NCBI GenBank assembly: GCA_951406725.2
Contig: OX597814.1
Location: 194,742,001 to 194,806,000, forward strand
Reading direction: 5' to 3'
Source of the DNA: Octopus vulgaris
Lineage: Eukaryota
DNA length: 64,000 nt
This document shows, piece by piece, positions 39,430 to 51,029 of this stretch. Below the pieces are notes generated by a model. That model saw nothing but the letters and a program-made list of their open reading frames with translations. It searched no databases and was not told the DNA's origin. Position numbers and translations under genes: made by a program. Each line of letters opens with the position of its first letter. The first letter of the stretch is position 1.

Positions 39430-39749
39430 CTGTTCAAACAGTGTCAATATGTTTGAAAAACTATTCATTTGTTTATATAATACTGTGGAATTTGACAGTT
39501 TTTAAATATTTTCTCAGTCTGCATACATTGTCTCACATGATTATTTACCATTGTCACAGAATGATCTTGCTACATCATCGTTGTTGTTGAGTCATGTGCG
39601 AATGAATAAGTAAACAAGTTTTTTGTTTTTTTTTAATATTAGAGGCACCAAAATCAGTGACCTGGCTGAATCGTTAGCATGTCGGATAAAACGCTTAGCA
39701 GTATTTCGACCGTCTTAACATTTGAGTTCAAATTCCTTTGCCTTTCATC

Positions 39750-40717
39750 TGTAGGGAAAACGACCATACGTAAGGAGTTGGTGATAGAAATGTCTCCTTT
39801 TAAACGCCACACGGTTGCCCTACTAAGTATAAGCTAAAATACATGGTATAAAAGAATAAGTGCCAAAAGGAATAATGAGGACAACTGTTCTACTGTTTAA
39901 AAGAGAAGACTTTATTTACAGATGTGTACAGTGTGTTTGTGTGTGCATTACAAGAGTGAACATAAGTACAAACAATGGTGTTTGCGGGTAAGACAGAATA
40001 CAGAGCATAGAATGAGTCTCTCAGGATATTTCAGACAAGATGGAGATGAGTATCAGTTTGTAAGCTACACAATAGTTAGTTCTGTAACAGAGAGGTAGGT
40101 GGTCACAAGTGCAGAATGCCAGTTTAACATATGTAGTGTAGCAGTTGGGGCTTCAATGCTGTGCCAGGAATTCTTGCAGGTAGTGCTGCGCTGTTAACCT
40201 CGGTGAATATCACAACAACGTGTAGTCTAAACCTGAGCGAATGTTGTTGTGTATGTATTGGTGTTGCTGGAGATGAGAGCGACGGAGATGGAGACAATGT
40301 GAAGTTGAAGGACGACAATGGTGATGGCGGTGGCAGAGAAAGGCGTCATTGAGTTGCTGTATGTTGCCTCATCACAGCTGAAGCAGGAACTGGCTGAGTC
40401 GCTCTGTGGTCAGAGGTCAGCCCTGAGAAGGACTGGAACCCAAGACGAGAAATAGTGATTTTCTGGCGCCTTTTATAACCTGAGGTGGGCTCCAGTCAGA
40501 CCCCAAAAAGACTGTGTCATGGGACCTTATTCGAAGGCCGTGATTGGTTGGCTTACGCACTGGCGCGAACTAAGTCATGAGACAAACTGTGCCAATGCCA
40601 ACCAATCAGAGCATTGGACACAACAGGGTCAAAATAGCCGAAGATGGTTGCTATCTAACACGAGATCATATCTAATATATCTCTCAAACAGTGAGGATAT
40701 CACCTAGCTACGCTACA
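39750..40717 (-). mobile_element. Solo LTR (968 bp) inserted in a family-B SINE
   Basis: TGTAG...CTACA termini and 4-bp TSD CATC (39746-39749, 40718-40721). The SINE resumes across the junction. Minus-strand TATAAAA at 40477-40471, CCAAT boxes near 40545 and 40603, AATAAA at 39916-39911. Confidence 0.85.
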
Positions 40718-40813
40718 CATCCTTTTGGAGTTGATAAACTAAGTACCAGTTAAGAGCTGGGTTGATGTAATCGACTCACCTCCCTCCCCACCTAATTTCA
40801 GGCCTTGTGGCTA

Positions 40814-41053
40814 TACAGGTTGGTCCAAAATTAGGTTTACAGTTATTCAACTATCTTTTTCGCATTCATATATTAACTGCTTAGATCTTAATTATAAAAA
40901 AAATATGAAGCCATTATTCTATACTAATTTAGTTAATTTCCTCAAGCTTCCTTTTCAGTTTGTAAGATAGAAATTTAAATATAATAAAATGTTTGAAAAG
41001 AAATTTAAGGTGTCTATACGATAACTGTAAACTTACTTTTGGGTCACCCTGTA
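40814..41053. mobile_element. Tc1/mariner-type MITE
   Basis: Imperfect TIRs TACAGGTTGGTCCAAAATTAGGTTTACAGTTAT and ATAACTGTAAACTTACTTTTGGGTCACCCTGTA. Confidence 0.7.
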
Positions 41054-41709
41054 TTAGAAAGGATAATATGACATACATGCAATAAAGACGGTAAGATGGC
41101 AGAAACATTAGAAGATCGGAATCAATGCTTTGTGGTATTTTCTCTGACTCTTTAGATTCTTGGTTTGAATTCTATTGAAATCAGCCTGTTCTTCGTGTAT
41201 TAGGAATCGATGAAGTAAAGTACCAGTCAAGTGCTGGGAGTGTTGGGAATGATTAATCCCCTCATCTCAAATCGGCTGGTCTTGTGCCAGAAAAGAAGGC
41301 CGCAAACTGGAAGAATTTTTACAGTGTCAGGAAAAGGCTTTGCACTATTTGTTCTGGTGCTTTACTTTCTGAGTTCAAATTCCACCAAGGTCAACTTTGC
41401 CTTTCACTTTTCTGGTGCTGATAAAATAAAGTACTGGAGCTGATCGTATGTATTAACCCTAACCCAAATCTGGTGGCCTTCTGCCTAAATCAGAAATCAT
41501 TACAAAGTCAGTGAACTGGCAGGATTGTAGGAGCATTGGTAAAAATATAAAATAACGTGTATTTTCTTCAGGCATTTTACATTCTGAGTTCAAATCCAGC
41601 TGAGGACAACTTGGTGTTTTATCCTTACAGGGTCAATAGAAAATAGGAGCAGCCATGTACTGAGATTAATGGTATCTAATAACACCATTCTCTAAATTAA
41701 AAAAAAAAA

Positions 41710-41905
41710 GTCAGTAGCAGAAGAGGGTACGCTGAAAGTGCAGTTGCTAGAATAAGAATAGCCTGGGCAAAGTTCAAAGAGCTCTTACTTCTGCTGGTGA
41801 CAAAGGGCCTCTTGCTCAGAGTAAAAGGTAGACTGTATGATGCATGTGTACGAACAGCCATGCTACATGGCAGTGAAACATGGGCTGTGACTGCTGAGGA
41901 CATGC
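41710..41905 (+). mobile_element. RTE LINE post-RT fragment
   Basis: Encodes ARIRIAWAKFKEL...KGRLYDACVRTAMLHGSETW. Confidence 0.8.
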
Positions 41906-42327
41906 ATAAGCACGTAAAAGCACCCACTACATTCTCAGAGTGGTTGGCGTTAGGAAGGGCATCCAGCTGTAGAAACTCTGCCAGATCAATAATGGAGCCT
42001 GGTGTAGCCATCTGGTTTGCCAGTCCTCAGTCAAATCGTCCAACCCATGCATGGAAAGCAGACGTTAAACGATGATGATGATGATGATCTTATATTGCAT
42101 TCAACTTAGATGTATTATGTGATGGAGTTTTAAAATAGCTGTCTCTTTTGAGAAAGGGGGGAATATACAAGAGGCAGATGGGTGGGATGGATAGTAGAAA
42201 GTGTAAAAAATCGAAATTTTATGAAAAAGAAGAAAAGTACCCAAGTTCCTTTCCAATGAGATGAGATTTTGGTACATCAAGGAACAACTATTCTTCCAAA
42301 ACTCCAGCTATTATTTTTGACAATTTT

Positions 42328-42580
42328 TATAATAATAATAATGAAATTATTGTATACAGTGCTCAGGTGCACCACAGCTTGCGTATAAAGCATATGCAGT
42401 AATGTATAAATGTCTGGAAAGTGAACAGTGTATGAGTCAGATACATGCTTGCGTGTGTATGGAGGGGAGAAAATCAGGTGTAGTGTTGGCGAATCTCAGG
42501 AAGCATGGAAGTTTTGAAGGATGCAGTGCTCCGACAACAAACAACTGATGCCGGCAGTCTGTTCCATGCTTCAGCAACTT
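42328..42580 (-). mobile_element. CR1/L2-like LINE 3' end
   Basis: Minus strand encodes VAEAWNRLPASVV, followed by a UTR and an (ATT)n tail. Confidence 0.6.
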
Positions 42581-44071
42581 TTATATTTCTTTTCTTTCAA
42601 TGAACCCATCCATGAAAGATGTCAATAGGTGCAATGAAAATAAATGAGAGGGGAAGAAGTTTGTTTGTAGATTTGGAAACTTTTTGAAATATAAACCAAT
42701 ATTGGTGGTAGGGGGCAAAGTGAATCAAACTGAAAAGAAGTCTGATGAACCAGACTTGTAAAAAAAATCCTTCATAAACATTAATAATTGGAAATAAAAT
42801 GAACCTGATGCAAAAATATAAATAAAAATAAATGCATCCTTTTAAAGCCTAACCAGCTTTCATATCTTATTTCTCTAGATTGTCTTCTGTTTCCAGAATT
42901 ATCAAACACTTAAGGTGGCGAGCTGGCAGAAATGTTAGTATGCCGGGCAAAATGTGTAGCTGTATTTTGTCTGCCATTACATTCTGAGTTCAAATTCCGC
43001 CAAGGTCGACTTTGCCTTTCATCCTTTCGGGGTCGATTAAATAAATACCAGTTATGCACTGGGGTCGATATAATTGACTTAATCTGCTTATCTGTCCTTG
43101 TTTGTCCTCTCTGTGTTTAGCCCCTTGTGGGTAGTAAAGAAATAGGTATTTGGTCTGCCGCTATGTTCTGAGTTCAAATTCCGCTGAGGTCGACTTTGCC
43201 TTTCATCCTTTCGGGATTGATAAATTAAGTACCAGTTACGCACTGGGGTTGATGTAATCGACTTAATCCCTTTGTCTGTCCTTGTTTGTGCCCTTGTGGG
43301 CAATAAAAAAGTAAGAATTATCAAACACTCTAAAATCACTCATCACTAGTATATATTTAGTGGAACATTTTTCTCTGAGGAAAGACTTTGTATTCACAAC
43401 CACCTCTCATTATTGACACCAGTTTATACATCAGCACAGAACAAAACCTTAAGTTTATCTCTTTTCTCTAACTTCAGTCATAACGGATACTCCCAATTTG
43501 TTTAGCTTCCATCTCCATCTTTCCATCACATATGCAAATTGACTTTGAGTTAACCATTTCGTTGCATTTTCTCATCATGTATGCAGTTTGATTTTGAGCT
43601 TGTTCCATATTGCTTAAGGTTTTATCAACCATGTATCACGTGGGTGTTGTTGTTGTTGGCTGCCATGGTAGCTGGTTGTGTTGATGAAGGAAAATATCTT
43701 TATTGTCCTGTGTAAAAATAACTGAACAACACCTGGAAACATCTAACAAGAGATTTTATTATCGCGCTTAAAGACAAGCTACATTAATCTTTTAATGATA
43801 ACAAGTGGAATAATTACATCCTGAGAGACAGACACTGCTTGGAGTTTATGGCAAGCAGCTGGATATGGCAACATTTGGCTTGCTTAACATAATTGGAAAC
43901 TATTGTGCTATTTGTAATGATAGATGTTTCTATCATCTATCTGTACCATCTGTCTTAGCTTAGGAATCTAGCTAGAAAGTGTAGTGACAGCTGCTTCTTA
44001 TAGGATTCTATGGAGAATGTGCCTGAGGGTTCTACTTACCACAACCCTTCCAGAAAAGTGGGAGAAGATGG

Positions 44072-44290
44072 ATCATCATCATCATTGTTCAACCGCGGTC
44101 GAGACAATGGAATTTACTATGTTACACCAGATTTCACGGTCCATCATAGCATTACGGAGGTCCTGTTGCTGGATGTCTGTATCCCTGGAGATTACATCAG
44201 GGTAGGAGAGTGTGTGCCCTCTGGTATCGCGAGCAGATGGCTTCCAGAGGAGAAGAGGAGAAATTACCTCGTTTTCAGCTCTACAACAAG
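44072..44290 (-). mobile_element. RTE-like LINE 3' end
   Basis: Encodes LLLWKP...YPDVISRDT....DLRNAMMDREIW...STAVEQ*, followed by a (TGA)n tail. Confidence 0.7.
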
Positions 44291-46243
44291 ATAGATGGAT
44301 GGATGGATGGTAAAAATGCACATTGAACGGTTTTTATAGGGGATTGGGAGTCAAATTCCAGAGTATTTGAGAAAACCTGTCCATGCCATCGCTTCTCACC
44401 AAGTGGTCAGTTAATAGATTGATCTCATGAAATTATGGTGGTTTGCTTGTGATGTTTGACCATGTGTCCAGGGATTTGGTCTCAAATAATTGCTACACAT
44501 GCATGGATTAAAGACCACCCTTAACTTTAATTTTAACTGACCAGTGATTGTTATTCAGATGCATCTGTGAGTTTTCCAGGCCTTTGATTTATTTAAAAGC
44601 ACACAATTTTTTTCCAGTTCAGAGACAAATTATGCTTCACTTAATTAACCCACTCAGTCTTATGATACTCTACTGATATTTGGACATATACACATAATGA
44701 CAAAGCACAACACAAATGTTGTCTAATTTGCTTAACTGTACAGTACTTGGAGGGCGTACCCTAGCACAGCCACAGTCAAGTGTATGAAACTAGAGTAGGT
44801 ATAGCTATGTGGTTAAAAAGTCTGCTTTAGAACCATATCATTTCAGGTTTGATAAGGTGGCCAGCTGGCAGAAACATTAGCAAGCCAGGCGAAATGCTTC
44901 GCAGTATTTCACCCGTCACTACGTTCTGAGTTCAAATTCCGCCGAGGTCAACTTTGCCTTTCATCCTTTCGGGGTCGATTAAATAAGTACCAGTTACGCC
45001 CATTTGTCTGTCCAAATAGGTTTGATAGCATCTTGGGAAAGAGTGTTCAACTATATCCCAAGATGACTGATCAATGACTTGTGGGTAAATTTGGTAGACA
45101 GAAACAGTATGGAAGAACCTGTATGGCTGCACAGAAAGAAAAGCACCTGCACTTATTGGTTGCATGTATGTACTTGTATGTGTTGAGGCGTGTGGCTTAG
45201 TGGTTAGGGTGTTGAACTCATGATTGTAATGTTGTGGTTTCAATTCCTGGACCGGGCGATGCATTGTGTTCTTGAGCAAAACACTTCATTTTCACATTGC
45301 TCCAGTCCACTCAGCTGGCAAAAATGAATAATCCTGTGACAGACCAGTGTCCTGTCCAGGTGGGGAATTTCTACGCCACTGAAACTGGAAAACCAACTCT
45401 TGTGAGCCTGGCATGGCTCGAGAAGGAAGATTAATTTTTTTATTGTATGTATGTATGTATGTATGTATGTATGTATGTATGGATGGATGTATGGATGGAT
45501 GGATGGATGGATGGATTTGGGTGAGTGGGTGAATTCAAATTCTGCCGAAGTTGACTTTGCCTTTCATCCTTTCAGGGTTGATAAATTAAGTACCAGTTAC
45601 GTACTGGGGTCAATGTAATCGACTTAATCCGTTTGTCTGTTCTTGTTTGTCCTCTCTGTGTTTAGCCCATTGTGGGTAGTAAAGAAATAGGTATTTCGTC
45701 TGCCATTACGTTCTGAGTTCAAATTCCGCCGAGGTCAACTTTGCCTTTCATCCTTTCGTGGTCGATAAATTAAGTACCAGTTATGCACTGGGGTCGATGT
45801 AATCAACTTAATCCGTTTGTCTGTCCTTGTTTGCCCCCTCTATGTTTAGCCCCTTGTGGGCAATAAAGAAATAATATATTGTAAACATTAGCATTCACTC
45901 CTCTCGAATTACATTTTGAATAAAGTGGGAAAGTTAGAAATGTGCTGGTCACTAAGTCTAAATATGCCATCTGACCTCATTTTCAGACAGTTGGCAGCTG
46001 TACCAACAAATAGGCCGATCTTCCAACCGAATTCTGATATTTGCAATGATAGATGACATTCTTAACATTTTCAGTTGGAATAGCTGGCAAATAATCATGA
46101 CTAAAGTAAACAGAAGGTTCCGAAGAAATGATCATTTGAATTGGTAATTGGTTAATACAAACCACATGGTAAAGTCATTTGCATAATATTAAACTGAAAC
46201 CCTTCCCTATTTTTGAAACATATGGCTAGCAACCCATCTCAAG

Positions 46244-46529
46244 AATCATTTCGGTTTGAACGGCAGTTTTTTCTAGCGGTGTCATATGAAATTGTCACCT
46301 ATAATTATGACCCTAGTATCGATCTATTGCATTTCAATCTGTTTTAGGGTTAGGGTTAGGGGTGGGGGGAAGGGTAACAACAAATATCTTACAAACTATA
46401 GAATTTTCTCAATAAAGCCAAGAGAAAAAGATGTTTTATAAACACTTTCTACCAGTTATACAAAGTTTAAAAGTGTTTAGTTACGTGGAAATTATTTTTA
46501 AAAACTGCTGTTCAAACCGAAAAGATCCC
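46244..46529. mobile_element. MITE of the same family as 4685-5523, containing TTAGGG repeats
   Basis: TIRs TTTCGGTTTGAACGGCAGTTTTT and AAAAACTGCTGTTCAAACCGAAAAGATCCC; the interior is colinear with the 4685 copy. Confidence 0.8.
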
Positions 46530-47340
46530 TGAAATCCTTCCCTATTTTTGAAACATATAGCTAGCTACCCATCTGAAGCCTGTTTCAAGAAATTTTAATC
46601 AATAAAAATTACAGCTGAGGTGAAAAGAGAATTATCAGATTATAGATTAGTTTTGAACAAGAGAGGCAGAGGAGGTAACTCTGACATTTCAATTGCCATA
46701 TTCAATCTATAATATGAATTGGACATGGGCGATCATTGCATTCTTTTTTGTCTTGAGGTTCACAGCCAAACGACTGGGTGGATTCACATGAAAAATGGCA
46801 CAGATGTGGAGACAGGTGCATAGATTGGAATGCAGTTTGTATTTTTTTCCTAACCCCCATACTTACCGAGAAAATTGATTAAAACTTTTTCTAAGGGAAT
46901 TTCCCTCTTTCTTCTGCCATTAAAACAACCAGTTGCTTAGAAGCTGTTTTCTGACGGGGTGGGGTGAGGAAATTTTCATATAGTTGGAGGCTCCAATCAA
47001 AACAGGGGACCCGAAATGATAAGGTTGAGAAACGCTGTTATAGATTATGCCTAACTGAAAACGATCACAGCCACTTCATCCAAACAGACCGGGTGAAACT
47101 GGGCTTAGCTGCTAGTGCTATATAAGATATACATCTTTATTGAAAGAAAATGTTTCAAAAAATCATCCCAGATCCTATATTCAATGTCTGGTTTCCCATA
47201 AGCCAGTATTGTCTGGCAAAAAAATAACCCTGGGTCCTAATGCAAAGTTGGATCTTCTATAAACTAATTTTGTCCCTGACTCTCATTTTTACATGAATAT
47301 GTGTTGTTGAAATTAAGATGAGTCTAATATGACCATGAGT

Positions 47341-49052
47341 CAAATACAGTAATATTTATTGGTTTTAAATTTTGGCACAAGGCCGGCAATTTTGAAGGGG
47401 GGATAAGTCAATTACATCAACCCTAGTGTTCAACTGATACTTCTTTTATCGACCCTGAAAGGCAAAGTTGACATTGGTTGAATTTGAACTCAGAATGTAA
47501 AAATGAAATGACACTCAGCATTTAGCCTGGTGTGCTAACAACTCCACCAGCTCGCCACCTTAGTCAAATACGGTAATATTGGTTTCAAATTTTGGCACAA
47601 GGCCAGTAATTTCATGGGAGATGGAAAAGTCAATTACATAAACCCCAGTGTTCAACTGGTACTTATTTTATTGACCTTGAAAGGAAGAAAGGTAATGTTG
47701 ACCATGACAGAATTTGAACTCAGATTGTAAAGACAGATGAAATACGGCTGAACATTTAGGTTGGCATGTTAACAATTCTGCCAGCTTGCTACCTTAATCA
47801 AGTACAATAATATTTTCTTCTACTCTAGGCACAAGAGCCGAAATTTGGGGGTGGGGGGGGGGTGGAAGGGAGGGGGCAGTCAACTAGATTGACCTCAGTA
47901 TGCAACTGGTACTTAATTTATCGACCCCGAAAGGATGAAAGGCAAAGTCGACCTCGGTAGAATTTGAACTCAGAATGTAAAGCCAGATGAAATACCGCTA
48001 GGCATTTTGCTCGGTGTGCTATCGTTTCTGCCAGCTCACCGCCTTCAAATACAATAATATTCTTATCTCTTTACTGCCCACAAGGGGCTACACACAGAGG
48101 GGACAAACAAGGACAGACAAACGGATTAAGTCGATTATATCAACTCCAGTGCGTTACTGGTACTTATTTAATCGACCCCGAAAGGATGAAAGGCAAAGTT
48201 GACCTCGGCGGAATTTGAACTCAGAACGTAGTGGCAGACGAAATACCTATTTCTATACTGCCCACAAGGGGCTAAACACAGAGGGGACAAACAAGGACAG
48301 ACAAATGGATTAAGTCGATTACATCAACCTCCAGTGCGTAACTGGTACTTAGTTTATCGACCCCGAAAGGATGAAAGGCAAAGTCGACCTCGGCGGAATT
48401 TGAACTCAGAACGGAGTGGCAGACGAAATACCTGTTTCTTTACTGCCCACAAGGGGCTAAACACAGAGGGGACAAACAAGGACAGACAAATGGATTAAGT
48501 CGATTACATCAACCTCCAGTGCGTAACTGGTACTTAGTTTATCGACCCCGAAAGGATGAAAGGCAAAGTCGACCGTGGCGGAATTTGAACTCAGAACGGA
48601 GTGGCAGACGAAATACCTGTTTCTTTACTGCCCACAAGGGGCTAAACACAGAGGGGACAAACAAGGACAGACAAACGGATTAAGTCGATTACATCAACCT
48701 CCAGTGCGCTACTGGTACTTATTTAATCGACCCCGAAAGGATGAAAGGCAAAGTCAACCTCGGCGGAATTTGAACTCAGAACGTAGTGGCAGACGAAATA
48801 CCTATTTCTATACTACCCACAAGAGGATAAACACAGAGGGGACAAACAAGGACAGACAAATGGATTAAGTCGATTACATCAACCTCCAGTGCGTAACTGG
48901 TACTTATTTAATCGACCCCGAAAGGATGAAAGGCAAAGTCGACCTCGGCGGAATTTGAACTCAGAAAGTAACAGCAGATGAAATACTGCTAAGCATTTTG
49001 CCTGATGAGCTAACATTTCTGCCAGCTCACCACCTTCAAATACAATAATATT
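47341..49052 (-). mobile_element. Stack of four family-B SINE insertions, the last a five-unit concatemer
   Basis: Spacer CAARTACRRTAATATT occurs five times. Units of about 185 bp start near 48064, 48248, 48433, 48618 and 48803. Confidence 0.85.
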
Positions 49053-50230
49053 GAAAACAGAATAATACCATTTCATGTTTTTTTCTCCCTGGCAATAAGT
49101 AGAAGCATCCGGCTTAACCCTTTACTGCTTGGATTATTCTGTTAAATCTAATGCTTTTTCACTCAAATTGTTTTGAATTAATCATGCATTATCTGAAAGC
49201 TTTGAGCTTTCAATGATGTGATTGTTTACTTTTAAAATGTCAATGTAGGTTAGATGTGAGAGGTTAGATTTTGGTCAGTTTGAATATAAAATATGTGGAA
49301 TATTTGTGCTGGATATGGCTGGTTTAAACATGAAATGGGTAATCAAAAATACAAATCATACACCTCAAAATAAAAATAAAATGATTGACACAGAGCTAGG
49401 TTAGAAAAGCTGTAAAGAGCTTTTGTACCAGCATAAAGGGGACAAAAGCGAGTGATAGAATAAGTACCAGGTTTAAGAAAATAAGTCCTGGGGTTGATTC
49501 ATTCGACTAAAAATTCTTTGAGGTGGTGCCCCAGCATGGACAAGTAAAAGAATAAAAGAATATGTGGACAAGTAAAAGAATAAAAGAATAGGCGCAGGAG
49601 TGGCTGTGTGGTAAGTAGCTTGCTTACCAACCACATGGTTCCGGGTTCAGACCCACTGCGTGGCACCTTGGTCAAGTGTCTTCTACTATAGCTTCAGGCT
49701 TGTGAGTGGATTTGGTAGATGGAAACTGAAAGAAGCCTGTTGTATATATGTATATATATATATATATATGTATGTGTATGTATGTGTTTGTGTGTCTGTG
49801 TTTGTCCCCCTAGCATTGCTTGACAACTGATGCTGGTGTGTTTACGTCCCTGTCACTTAGCAGTTCGGCAAAAGAGACCGATAGAATAAGTACTGGGCTT
49901 ACAAAGAATAAGTCCCGGGGTCGATTTGCTCGACTAAAGGCAGTGCTCCAGCATGGCCACAGTCAAATGACTGAAACAAGTAAAAGAGTAAAAGAGTGTA
50001 TGTCTAGAGCCCCAACCTCTTCTCAGGACCCTTATAACCCCCCCCCCATCCTAAGGAGTGGTACTGCCCACTTTGAGAAGCCCTGAATTTGAGCATTCAA
50101 GCAGACAGAAGCAATAATCAGTCCCAAGAGGAAATACTTTTTGCCAGAAGGTTTATGGCAGACATAAGTATGAAATGAATTTTAAAAGCTGCTGAGACTT
50201 ATTTCAAGGAAACATTATTCCATTCATAAA

Positions 50231-51029
50231 TATTGGGATGTCCCGAAAGTTCTTGCCAATTTTTAAAGGAAAGAAATACTTGCCATTACCCAAGCTTTAC
50301 CTGGTGCTCATGAACGACGGATTTTGATAGGTTGAGGCTTTCTGCCAATTCTTGGGTTGTGCAATGTGGGTTATTCTCAATTAATGACTTGATTTGGTCA
50401 TCATCTGTAGTGGATGGTCTGCCTGATCGCGCTTTATCAATAAGGCTACAATCTCCAGCTCGGAACCTTGTGAGCCACTTCTGTACAGATAAAGAAACAT
50501 TACCGTAAACTGCGAATATTTCTTTGGTTGCTTGTGAAGCATTTTTCCCTTTACGGAAAAAGAAAAGCATCAAGTACCAAAAATGAACTTTCTTATCTTC
50601 CATTTTAAGGTGGTTTCATGGTGGTTTCATGGCAAAGAATTCATCAAGGTATCTTTTTACGTCATCCAAGGAATTGAAATTTTTACTATTAAGACTATTC
50701 TGCAGAGACCTGAATAAGTGGAAATCCAAAGGAGCAATATCTGGTGAATATGGGGGGTGGGGTAACACATCCCAGCCGAGCTGCAGCAATTTTTGTCTGG
50801 TTCCCAAAGCATCAAGTGCCGAAAAGGAACTTTCTTTTCTTCCATTTTAAAGGGTTACAGAATTAACACAAGTTATAGGAACATAAACCTTCTTCCACGA
50901 AAAGATAGCTTAAACTGTGCTCTAAATGGAGGTGTAGTCAAATCCTATTTTATGGAGTCAACCATGTTCTTAAACAAGTCAAAAGATAAGCTACTATAAA
51001 TCGGCATGAACTTTCCAGACAACCCAATA
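50231..51029 (-). mobile_element. Internally rearranged mariner element
   Basis: TIRs TATTGGGATGTCCCGAAAGTTCTTGCC and GGCATGAACTTTCCAGACAACCCAATA. Transposase pieces are the HTH region (RSGRPS) and HPPYSPDIAP.DFHLF. Confidence 0.9.

Noticed and set aside
46344-46362. Interstitial telomere (TTAGGG)n
   Set aside because: Only three units, internal to a MITE; not evidence of a chromosome fusion.
48064-49035. CRISPR-like regular array
   Set aside because: Whole 185-bp units repeat with no unique spacers; this is a eukaryotic SINE concatemer.
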